From sequence record MZ475898.1: a stretch of DNA of 64,000 nt. One strand, given 5' to 3'. The position numbers and the translations under genes were made by a program. Positions 9,308 through 17,724 of this stretch are shown piece after piece (position 1 is the first letter of the stretch; every line of letters starts with the position of its first letter). The notes beneath the pieces were generated by a model that was not told where the DNA came from, did not search any database, and was given only the letters and a program-made list of their open reading frames with translations.

Positions 9308-10984
9308 TTACAGACTCAGACTGGTGGAGGTGCTGCCTGATGGGTTGATGTTGAAACGATAGATCAGACGCTTAGTGGTACGCGTCGGGTCAAGAACAAT
9401 ATCCAGAATCAGGTCGCCGTTAGCGATTGTCTGATTGGTGTTGTTCGTTTCGTCACACACAACTTGATAGCCACGAGAACCAGAGCTACCACCACGCAAG
9501 CCACGAGCCAGTTTGATCTCTTCGAGGAACTTCTCGACCATCGCTTTAAGCTGCTCACGCAACACGTTATCGTTGGGATCAAACAGGCCAGTACGCGCTG
9601 AACGAGAACACACTTCAAGCACATAGCCAACCATACGCTGAATCTGAATCTGCTGGAATGCAGAACTCTGATTGTACAGCGTACTTGCTTCCCACACGGC
9701 AAAGCCCCCGCCACTAATGTCAGGCAGCTTGCGGATGTAGTTGACCTGCTCACGGGTCAGCGCATCACGGTCGTCCTGATCGTACTTCTGAGTAAGAGCA
9801 AGAATGTTCAGTGGACTAGATGCAGTGATACCCGCAGGTGCGAACCAGCTACCGCGATTGTTATCCGTGTACGCGAACACAGCACAGATCTGACCAACAC
9901 AAGCCACCAGCAAGTAGCGACCAGTGTCTTCGTCAAAGATCTTAATGTCAGGCGTATACAGTGCCATGTTGGTATCGTTCAGGTTCAGCGTCTGTCGGCG
10001 ATAACGAATCGCTTTAGATACTGACTGCTCCGAAGTAGGAACACCACAGATAACAAAGCAGTTGATGTGGGCAGCAGCGGCAGCTTTCATGCCACGGTGC
10101 ACGATGTAGTCCTGAATAGGGCTAAGCAGCAACGTAACACGAATCTCTTCAGGGTCACCGAAGTAATCCTGATAAGCAGCAGCCAGTTGGTCGGAGGTAA
10201 CAGTATCACCGTCAGCACCACCTTTGAAGAAGATGAAGTCTGAGCCGAAGAAACTGATATCCGTAGTGAAGTACGGGTTACGGATGAAACGATAGTTGGA
10301 GCTTTCGTTTTCCATAACTGTATCAAGGCGGTACTGACGATCAAACTCATCTGAGTAATCGTACAGGCTTGCCTGATAGCTGTTTACAGGGTTAGACCCG
10401 TTGATGTAGTTCTCGTACTCGTCGATGTAGAACAGTTTGCTGTTATACTTCGTACGGTCGTCAAACGCAGACAGGCCTTTAGGCACGGCAGAACGAATCT
10501 GGAGCGCCATGTTGTTGTTCCAGTCACCTGGGTTTTCCAGACAGATGTAGCCGATGATGTTATCATTCAGCGGGTCAGTCGGCAGGAAGCCCAATTGAGC
10601 TGGGTCGTCAACGCCAACAACGTTACCGTCTGCGTCAGTGTATGGAGTTACACGAACAACAGGCTGCAATGCAGTTGGGTCGTCAACAGTCAGCACACCA
10701 ACAGCATACTTGGCGTTCTTAGTGATACGCACATAGGTAAGCTGGTTGGTTTGCTCTGAAACAGGAAGAGCCAGATACAGGCCTAGACCGTATTTTGGAT
10801 CTTTGGAACCGAAAGTGTTTTTCAACACGTCTTTACTGCGAACAGAAACACGCTGGTTAACAGGGCCACGAGAAGCCTGTCCAACGATGCCTACTACTGC
10901 TGTAGATAAAGACGTTGCACCAACGGAGAGATCCTTGACACCAGTGTAGACACCAGCAGAGGGATGCGTTGAGTTAACGGGCAT
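9308..10984 (-). CDS. Contractile tail sheath protein
   Basis: 558 aa; N-terminal HPSAGVY...D.S, G.A.RGP.N, WFAPAG, D.L....VNYI and C-terminal LF.PND..L...I...P pattern typical of sheath proteins. Confidence 0.92.
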   Translation of the reverse strand: MPVNSTHPSAGVYTGVKDLSVGATSLSTAVVGIVGQASRGPVNQRVSVRSKDVLKNTFGSKDPKYGLGLYLALPVSEQTNQLTYVRITKNAKYAVGVLTVDDPTALQPVVRVTPYTDADGNVVGVDDPAQLGFLPTDPLNDNIIGYICLENPGDWNNNMALQIRSAVPKGLSAFDDRTKYNSKLFYIDEYENYINGSNPVNSYQASLYDYSDEFDRQYRLDTVMENESSNYRFIRNPYFTTDISFFGSDFIFFKGGADGDTVTSDQLAAAYQDYFGDPEEIRVTLLLSPIQDYIVHRGMKAAAAAHINCFVICGVPTSEQSVSKAIRYRRQTLNLNDTNMALYTPDIKIFDEDTGRYLLVACVGQICAVFAYTDNNRGSWFAPAGITASSPLNILALTQKYDQDDRDALTREQVNYIRKLPDISGGGFAVWEASTLYNQSSAFQQIQIQRMVGYVLEVCSRSARTGLFDPNDNVLREQLKAMVEKFLEEIKLARGLRGGSSGSRGYQVVCDETNNTNQTIANGDLILDIVLDPTRTTKRLIYRFNINPSGSTSTSLSL

Positions 10985-11010
10985 GATTTATCTCCTTTTA
11001 AGACTGGTAG

Positions 11011-11016
11011 AAATTA
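11011..11016 (-). promoter_or_regulatory. TAATTT promoter-like motif
   Basis: cgaTAATTTC between a terminator and the sheath RBS. Confidence 0.6.
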
Positions 11017-11038
11017 TCGTCAATTAGGAGATAAATGC

Positions 11039-11064
11039 AAAAAGGGCAGCCGAAGCCACCCTTT
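11039..11064 (-). terminator. Rho-independent terminator
   Basis: AAAGGGTGGC-TTCG-GCTGCCCTTTTT. Confidence 0.9.
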
Positions 11065-11067
11065 AGG

Positions 11068-12147
11068 TTAACATGCACAGCTTGCTTGTTCGTGATCGAA
11101 TTTAACACTCAGATCAATATTCGGATAAGCAGCCACAAACTCTTCCAGACTTACATTAAAGCCTGCGGCATTCGCATGACCATCACCACCATGCAGACGC
11201 GCTGTGTGTTTCGCAGAACCTGACTCAGCACCTGTTTTGAAATAGCCACTACGCACTGAGATATACACACGGTCTTTGTTCTCACCGCCGAGACGCGGCA
11301 TGATAACTGTGTGGAAGCGATTGTGGTTTTCGTAAACGTAGGCAGCGAGTTGAGAACCGATACCACGACCAGCAGGAACAACAACGTGAGGTCCGTGACA
11401 GATTTCGTTAGCTTCTGAGAAGAACGCGTGTTCATTCAAATGCTCTTGGAACTTCTGCTCACGGTTTTCAGCGCGTTGCTGGCCACGAGTAATGATCTGC
11501 TCAATGTCACCGTGAACCAGAACATCGATAGCACGTTCAACAGTGCTTGGCGTGCTCACATACAACACACCGTGCGGTTCCACCTTCTTAAACGTTTCCG
11601 GCGCGTGACCGTCGTAGAAGAAGAACGCACGTTTGTTCTGGCGCTGCCACGTATCGTAATCAGACACCAACTGAGCCATGCGAATGACATTGTTAGCGCT
11701 ACGACCAGACAGCGACTGGAAGCGAGAGATATGATGGAAGTAGGCAAGCAGTGCACCACTACCACCAGCAGTGAAAGTAAGCTGTAGAGGCTGTGCACCA
11801 ATGCGGCGACACTCTTCGGCATACAGTTCATGCGAACGGCAGTTGTGGTGGTCAAGCACAACAAAGTTGGCTTGATAGCGCTGCGTCAACACAGCCATCT
11901 GGCGTTCGGTCAATGAGAAGTCAACGATGATGATCTCTTTGTACAGAGCGTCAACGTCTTTGTCTGATTGTCGAACTCCTACCATGTCTTCGATAGCAGT
12001 ACCATCAGCAAGAGCAATAGGTGCATTGTCTTTTGCGTAATGGGCAGGCAGGTAATGGATGTCGTCAGTCGAACGCGCTAGTGCGGTGATGGCTGCTGCG
12101 AAAGAACCATCCGCACATCCTTGATGATAAATCACAAGTGTAGTCAT
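11068..12147 (-). CDS. DHH/DHHA1-family phosphoesterase
   Basis: YH..C.DG, IIIVDFS, VLDHH and C-terminal GGDGHANAAG motifs. Confidence 0.88.
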   Translation of the reverse strand: MTTLVIYHQGCADGSFAAAITALARSTDDIHYLPAHYAKDNAPIALADGTAIEDMVGVRQSDKDVDALYKEIIIVDFSLTERQMAVLTQRYQANFVVLDHHNCRSHELYAEECRRIGAQPLQLTFTAGGSGALLAYFHHISRFQSLSGRSANNVIRMAQLVSDYDTWQRQNKRAFFFYDGHAPETFKKVEPHGVLYVSTPSTVERAIDVLVHGDIEQIITRGQQRAENREQKFQEHLNEHAFFSEANEICHGPHVVVPAGRGIGSQLAAYVYENHNRFHTVIMPRLGGENKDRVYISVRSGYFKTGAESGSAKHTARLHGGDGHANAAGFNVSLEEFVAAYPNIDLSVKFDHEQASCAC

Positions 12148-12150
12148 TGC

Positions 12151-12996
12151 TTATGCCCAATGAGTAAAGGAAGATTGTTCAGGCGGGTTGGTGATTTTGT
12201 TCACCATTTCCTGAAGGCCCGCAATTGTTGCGTCTAAGCCCATCTGGTACTGCTTATGTGCAGTATCAAGACCGTAACGTAATGCCACACAATACAACTG
12301 CCATTCGTCAGAGGACTGGAGCATGGCAATCTTTTTGCGGTAAGCATCACGCTTCTGGCGAGCACGCAACAGACGCTGCATCAAATTAAGATTTGAGACA
12401 ATTCCAGTCAGCTTCTCTAACAACTGCTCCAGACCTTCGAGGTCATCTACCATCAACTTGAGTTTGGCTTCAAGGAAGATAGCCTGACGCTCATGCTTCT
12501 GGTCTATGGAAAGATTACGGCACTTATCTGGATGCGTCAGCTTAGCGATCTTGCGATAGACCTGCTTGCATTTGATTTGCAGTAAGGTCGCTTCGACTTC
12601 ACCCGCATTCATACCATCTCTGGTAGCTTCGTCGTCCTCTTCTACGACAAAGTTTTCTTCCATCTCTTTGCGCAGTTCTTCCGCAGCCAGCTTGTCTTCC
12701 AGATCATCTGATTCATCCAGATTGATTTGGTGCGCTTCGAGGATAGCAGTCAGACGGTTTACTTCCGCGATACGATCACGGTTAAACTCGTTCAGCTTGT
12801 TGATGCAGTTCGTGCAGCGGTCGCGGTCGGCAGTGAAGCGAAGTTCAAGAGCATCGGCTTCGGCCTTGACGTCTTCGAGAGTTTCGTCAGCTTCTGCCTG
12901 TTCGAATGCATGTTGATCTTCGTACTCTGCCAGCTCAGTAGAACCGTGAACAATCAGGCCGTGTTCAGCCACAACAACCAGTTCAGTTCCTGTCAT
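12151..12996 (-). CDS. J-domain (DnaJ-like) coiled-coil protein (start corrected)
   Basis: KQVYRKIAKLTHPDK contains the HPD motif; ATGA overlap with the 64-aa ORF and GGAG RBS support ATG 12996. Confidence 0.8.
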   Translation of the reverse strand: MTGTELVVVAEHGLIVHGSTELAEYEDQHAFEQAEADETLEDVKAEADALELRFTADRDRCTNCINKLNEFNRDRIAEVNRLTAILEAHQINLDESDDLEDKLAAEELRKEMEENFVVEEDDEATRDGMNAGEVEATLLQIKCKQVYRKIAKLTHPDKCRNLSIDQKHERQAIFLEAKLKLMVDDLEGLEQLLEKLTGIVSNLNLMQRLLRARQKRDAYRKKIAMLQSSDEWQLYCVALRYGLDTAHKQYQMGLDATIAGLQEMVNKITNPPEQSSFTHWA

Positions 12997-13187
12997 GGGC
13001 GAGTAAGCTCCGAGATAGGTTTGGCTAAGAGTTCTGTAATGCGTGCCGGGCACTCAGGGTTGCGCTTTAAGTTCTTGTGCAACCACTGCAAGTTACCGCC
13101 TGACGCAGATACTTCGCTACGGAACGCAGGAAGTTTCAGTACAGCGCCGTGCTTGTTCAGCAACGCATTCAGTTCTTTCAGTAACAT
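12993..13187 (-). CDS. Hypothetical protein (64 aa)
   Basis: Fills the gap, has an RBS and is translationally coupled to the J-domain gene. Confidence 0.7.
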   Translation of the reverse strand: MLLKELNALLNKHGAVLKLPAFRSEVSASGGNLQWLHKNLKRNPECPARITELLAKPISELTRP

Positions 13188-13196
13188 CGTTTATCC

Positions 13197-13829
13197 TTAA
13201 AGAGATGAGGTCATTAAATCGAGAAGGTTTGAGACTACATGAGCAGGTCCGATTGAGATACCCGCTTGCACAGGCAGATGAACACGACGAGTAAACAACT
13301 CCATCGGGTCAGGACCACCGCCAGTCACTACGATACGAGGTATCTTTGGAAACATCTCAAGGATATCACGCAGTCTTTCAATCTTATAGCTGGTGCTGTC
13401 TATCGTCACGTTCGATATGATCAGCATTGACGGTCGCTTGCTTTTGAGTTGTTCATAGTCGAAGCGATCACCATACAGCGTAACCCAACGCGGCTTCAAG
13501 GCTGTTGTCTCTGAATCTTCAACAGCCGCATGGAAGATAGATAACGCTGCCATCTTCGCACGGTAGTCTGACGGGAAGCTACTGATAACCGTGATGCGTG
13601 GGTCAAGGCCAAACGGACTTTCAATCATCTTTGCAAGATGCGTCATCTGCTTGGTCTTTGAAAAAATCTTGCCTTTAAAGTAAGGCGACATTGGCTTAAA
13701 GTCTTGCGAGGCTTCGACCACATCGAATGTCTCACGTTTGCCGAAAAGAAGCTGAGGGTCAACTCCCAGCGTCTGCATCTGCTTTGCTACTGCGGGTTCA
13801 AAGTCAAAAGTTAACACAATACCCTCCAT
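13197..13829 (-). CDS. Hypothetical protein, possibly a degenerate P-loop/helicase-loader-like fold
   Basis: Start moved to MEGIVL (downstream of the CTGTAAATA motif); alpha/beta pattern with SMLIISNV strand; fold call is weak. Confidence 0.55.
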   Translation of the reverse strand: MEGIVLTFDFEPAVAKQMQTLGVDPQLLFGKRETFDVVEASQDFKPMSPYFKGKIFSKTKQMTHLAKMIESPFGLDPRITVISSFPSDYRAKMAALSIFHAAVEDSETTALKPRWVTLYGDRFDYEQLKSKRPSMLIISNVTIDSTSYKIERLRDILEMFPKIPRIVVTGGGPDPMELFTRRVHLPVQAGISIGPAHVVSNLLDLMTSSL

Positions 13830-13842
13830 TGTTCTTATCGGG

Positions 13843-13851
13843 TATTTACAG
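13843..13851 (-). promoter_or_regulatory. CTGTAAATA promoter-like motif
   Basis: Exact motif 14 nt upstream of ATG 13829. Confidence 0.6.
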
Positions 13852-14202
13852 TTTCTGCGGCACACGCTGCCACACGGCGAACTTGACGTTCAAGGCGCAT
13901 TCTTCGAGTTCGGCCTCACGTCTAGGCTCATACTTAGGTGCATACTGTTGAAGGTGCTCAGGACGCTCTACGGCTGCAAGACTGAATACACGTATTGGGT
14001 TCGTCACCTGAGAGTACGAATAGTCTTCAATGATAACAAGATTTTCGATTCGGAGAACACCAGGAACTTCAAACACTTCAGGCAAGGTGCAGGGTTCGAT
14101 TACTGTCCCCATAACCTTTTCTTGGTAGTCAACAAGTGCCTTAATTAAAGCGCGACCAACACTAGTAGACAGTGTAAGATTATACTCTGTACGGAATTCC
14201 AT
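13846..14202 (-). CDS. Hypothetical protein (118 aa)
   Basis: ORF with GAGGAG RBS, fits the operon. Confidence 0.75.
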   Translation of the reverse strand: MEFRTEYNLTLSTSVGRALIKALVDYQEKVMGTVIEPCTLPEVFEVPGVLRIENLVIIEDYSYSQVTNPIRVFSLAAVERPEHLQQYAPKYEPRREAELEECALNVKFAVWQRVPQKL

Positions 14203-14218
14203 GGTGTTCTCCTCAGTA

Positions 14219-14599
14219 TTACATCAGCGCCAGAGTCGGGTCGACGTAGGTGTATTGAAACACTACGTTCCAGCCCGATGGCGTGTTTCTGTTTGGGTGA
14301 TAGCGATAGCCATACACCATGATAATGCCCTTCACTTTGTCTGGGTCTTCGAGAGTAGGATTGTACTCAACGTAAGACGGTTCCAGTTTGAGTGCGTCAG
14401 CGATATTGATTGCCCAGTCGTCTAAGTCGTAAGGACTATCAGGCACTGGCCATGAATACGAATACTTAGGCCAGTGCTCAGCCTGCATATCAGTATCTTT
14501 TGAAATCCAATCCAGATGGCGGTAACCCATACGAAGGGCGACAGCATGAATCAGGCCTCGGTTGTTCATGTAGCTTTGAAGCTGCTTGACAGTAAGCAT
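14219..14599 (-). CDS. Hypothetical protein (126 aa)
   Basis: ORF with GGAG RBS, fits the operon. Confidence 0.75.
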   Translation of the reverse strand: MLTVKQLQSYMNNRGLIHAVALRMGYRHLDWISKDTDMQAEHWPKYSYSWPVPDSPYDLDDWAINIADALKLEPSYVEYNPTLEDPDKVKGIIMVYGYRYHPNRNTPSGWNVVFQYTYVDPTLALM

Positions 14600-14617
14600 G
14601 GAAGTTCTCCATCAGGT

Positions 14618-14645
14618 AAAAGACAACAGGCACCGAAGTGCCTGT
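14618..14645 (-). terminator. Rho-independent terminator
   Basis: ACAGGCAC-TTCG-GTGCCTGT-TGTCTTTT. Confidence 0.8.
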
Positions 14646-14670
14646 CAGAATCTCAGCGAGATGGCTTAAA

Positions 14671-15141
14671 TTACTTACTAAGTCCGCGCAGCAGGATAGT
14701 TGCTGTTTTAACGAATTGCTTGCGCTTATCGTCAGGCAGTTTGGCATATTCACGCAGCAGGTCCTGCACTTCTTTTTCGTTCCCGACGTAACTATCAACA
14801 CCACGATCACCTTCGATACCGTCAATGCCTTTCAGCACATTGGTCTTGGTGACACGCATCTTGAAGGTAGCGCGAACGACTTCACAGGCACGCGTTCTAT
14901 CATTGACGGTGCTGATAGTGGAAATGTCGTAGATCGCCTGAACAGAAAAGCCTTCAGGGTAAGCAGCGAACACTTCTGCCAGATCGATATGCGCCATGTT
15001 ATCAGGAGCTGGTATTTTAGCTTCCATACTAACAGTAAACGTCTCACCGTCTTCGGTACTGTTGTTACCATCAAAGGCGATTTTACCATTCTGTCGCATC
15101 GTGTATGCAATCAGTTGATACAGTGGATCAACTAAACTCAT
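14671..15141 (-). CDS. Hypothetical protein (156 aa)
   Basis: ORF coupled to the helicase stop. Confidence 0.75.
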   Translation of the reverse strand: MSLVDPLYQLIAYTMRQNGKIAFDGNNSTEDGETFTVSMEAKIPAPDNMAHIDLAEVFAAYPEGFSVQAIYDISTISTVNDRTRACEVVRATFKMRVTKTNVLKGIDGIEGDRGVDSYVGNEKEVQDLLREYAKLPDDKRKQFVKTATILLRGLSK

Positions 15142-16742
15142 CAGAATCTCCTCATGCCCAAGTTGGACGGCTGTCCTTTAACAGGGGCTTCTGGTTCAAA
15201 GAAGTCAGGCAGTTCAGCATCGAGCGCTTCTCCTCTCGATATGACTCCCATCCAGTTACGCAGTTTCTTTGGTGTGCGCTTGGCTTTCGCATAACCAAAC
15301 TTCCAACAGAACTTCAACACACCTCGCGCGAAGCCCATCGACTTCTCCATCTTAGGATCGATGAAGACACGAATCACAGGCGTGCGCTTGTTATCCATCG
15401 GCGTAAGAATACGACACGACTCCTGCTTCCAGTTCGGTTCGTTGTTCATCGGCATGATGTAATACAACGTATCCCAACGAGGAACGTTCAGACCACGCTG
15501 CATCAGCTTACGCATACCTACCACACAACGAATCTTACCAGCACGCGCATCATCGATAATCGGCTTACGGCGTTTCGCTTCTTTAGCTCCGCCTAAGAAC
15601 ACAGCCGCCACTTCTTCCATGTAGTGTTCGTTGATACGCTGCACAAGCCGTCGTGCCTGATCGGTAAAGTTGATTGGGATTGCAAGCGAGCGACCCGCAT
15701 CAAGATCTCGAATAATCCACTCAAAGATCTTATCGTTACGATCAGGGTGGTTGGCAAGGAACTTACAGAAGTTCGTCCAACCTGCTTTGCCTGTGAACTT
15801 GTTGTTGCTCTGCACCTTCTTCGACGTTTTATGAATCGTCACTTTAGGTACAAGCTCCTCAACAAACGCTTCTGCAATCACAGGACCGAAGATTGATTCA
15901 ATCAGATAGTGACGACCGTCTTTACGCTTCGGCGTTGCTGTCAAACCAAATCGATACTTCATTTTAAGAGACGCCAGCACACGGCTGTAACAGCTTGCGT
16001 TACCAGCATGGCACTCATCGACAAACAACGTACCGTAGTTCTCGTTCAACAACTTGAGTCGCTTCTTCGAGTTCTTACTGTCGCTAATCAATGACTGATA
16101 GGTCACCAGAATGATCTGGAAGTTCTTATAGTCATCGAGTGTCTTTGGAAAGCCATACAACTTCTTGCCGTACTTTTCTTCAAGCTCAGGCAAGTTCGTC
16201 ATCTGCTGGATAGTCTCTAAGAAACCATCAAGGAAGTCTTTCTGGTCAGCCATGATAACTGTACGGAAACCCGAATGACATGCACCCGCAGTACCGATAA
16301 CAGTCTTACCAGAACGTGGAGGTGCTTTGAACACACCACACAGTTCATCGAACATATCCGCGAACGGTTGCTCTTGGTACTCACGCAGCTTACCTGTGAA
16401 CTTCACTTTATAATCGTACGGCACACGACTCGTACCGTTAACGAACTTCACCTCGCTCAGACTAAGACCAGCAGTCTTTTCGAAGCGATGCATCTCACCG
16501 TACGGGATCGAAACGTAGCGCTTACCCTTAATCTCAGAGTATTTGGCAAGGACGGTAATATCAATCAAGCCACCACGAGAACACGAACGGCATTCTTCTG
16601 ATGGTCTGATTGAACGAAACTCACAGCCCTTACACGCAGCATTATCGAACTCGTAGTGAGTCATCTTCTTTATGATGTTATCGGCATCAACAGCCTTAAC
16701 AGGAATGTGCAGACGACTATCGACCAGTACTTTTGCGGTCAC
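15141..16742 (-). CDS. SF2 DNA helicase (UvsW/RAD25-like) with N-terminal Cys4 zinc ribbon
   Basis: LREYQ, APPRSGKT, FVDECH, GLTAT, GLNVP motifs; CKGC...CRSC near the N-terminus. Confidence 0.9.
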   Translation of the reverse strand: MTAKVLVDSRLHIPVKAVDADNIIKKMTHYEFDNAACKGCEFRSIRPSEECRSCSRGGLIDITVLAKYSEIKGKRYVSIPYGEMHRFEKTAGLSLSEVKFVNGTSRVPYDYKVKFTGKLREYQEQPFADMFDELCGVFKAPPRSGKTVIGTAGACHSGFRTVIMADQKDFLDGFLETIQQMTNLPELEEKYGKKLYGFPKTLDDYKNFQIILVTYQSLISDSKNSKKRLKLLNENYGTLFVDECHAGNASCYSRVLASLKMKYRFGLTATPKRKDGRHYLIESIFGPVIAEAFVEELVPKVTIHKTSKKVQSNNKFTGKAGWTNFCKFLANHPDRNDKIFEWIIRDLDAGRSLAIPINFTDQARRLVQRINEHYMEEVAAVFLGGAKEAKRRKPIIDDARAGKIRCVVGMRKLMQRGLNVPRWDTLYYIMPMNNEPNWKQESCRILTPMDNKRTPVIRVFIDPKMEKSMGFARGVLKFCWKFGYAKAKRTPKKLRNWMGVISRGEALDAELPDFFEPEAPVKGQPSNLGMRRF

Positions 16743-16744
16743 AT

Positions 16745-17293
16745 CTATTTCCTTGAGTTCGGTAGACCGTACTCACGCTGATTGATGATGTTCAGAGTAT
16801 CGACAAGCGCACGATAAGCAAACCCACACTTGTCAATGTCCTTGATATAGAGGTCAAGCTCTGCGACCACCGTTTCGAGATTATCAGCGTAGCGGTAATA
16901 TTCCACCATTACGTTTCTGACACAGCGCTCGCGTTCTTTCGCAGCACCTACGGCTTTCAAGTCTTTGGCATACGTAACCGAAGCATAATCTTGAAAACGT
17001 TCCAGCATATCATTTAACAGTTTTGAGGCTGAATGAATGGTGGTCAGTATCTCGGTCATGCGGCTACGATAAGCCTGGTCTTGAATTATCGACTCAGCCA
17101 CCTTGCTTAGCGCGTTAGTATCAGAGATATTTAACGTTCTGATCTTACGCATCTTAAACAGTTTGCGAGCTTCTTCTTGGTACTCAGCCAGAGGTAACTG
17201 GAACAAGTCGTTGGTTTTGAAAATGTCGCGGACTTTTTTGTAGCGCTTATCGTCCTTAATCTTTAGGCGAATGCGTTTTAGATCGTCCATCAA
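16745..17293 (-). CDS. Helical hypothetical protein (position and size reminiscent of a UvsY-like mediator; unverified)
   Basis: 182-aa all-helical ORF adjacent to the helicase. Confidence 0.6.
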   Translation of the reverse strand: MMDDLKRIRLKIKDDKRYKKVRDIFKTNDLFQLPLAEYQEEARKLFKMRKIRTLNISDTNALSKVAESIIQDQAYRSRMTEILTTIHSASKLLNDMLERFQDYASVTYAKDLKAVGAAKERERCVRNVMVEYYRYADNLETVVAELDLYIKDIDKCGFAYRALVDTLNIINQREYGLPNSRK

Positions 17294-17724
17294 TCACCTT
17301 TATCAGTAACGAGCAGCGGACTTTCAGGCGTCTTGTGCGGCATAGCAAAGAAGCTGCCGTGATCATCACGATACACAAGCAAGCCACCAGACGGACCCTC
17401 AGTTGGGCATGTGAAGTTAAACAAACGTTCGAGCGGAGGCATGTAGCCTACAGACACAGCATTGAACGTACACCACTTGGCAGATACTTCAATCAGTGAA
17501 CCGACAACTGTTTCAGCGAGACGCAGATACGATTGACGGAAGTGATAGCTGTGCTCTATTGGGGACGCGCTATCAATCACTAACTCATTGCCGTACACTG
17601 CTTTATAAATCAGGCAGAAGCGACGGCGACCACGAGGTGCATTCGGTATTTCATACAGCACATCATGTATGATGGAAGAAACGTCCCCAACGAGAACGTT
17701 TCTTTTGACAGCAAGGCTGATCAT
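17290..17724 (-). CDS. Hypothetical protein (144 aa)
   Basis: ORF with 4-nt overlaps on both sides. Confidence 0.7.
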   Translation of the reverse strand: MISLAVKRNVLVGDVSSIIHDVLYEIPNAPRGRRRFCLIYKAVYGNELVIDSASPIEHSYHFRQSYLRLAETVVGSLIEVSAKWCTFNAVSVGYMPPLERLFNFTCPTEGPSGGLLVYRDDHGSFFAMPHKTPESPLLVTDKGD

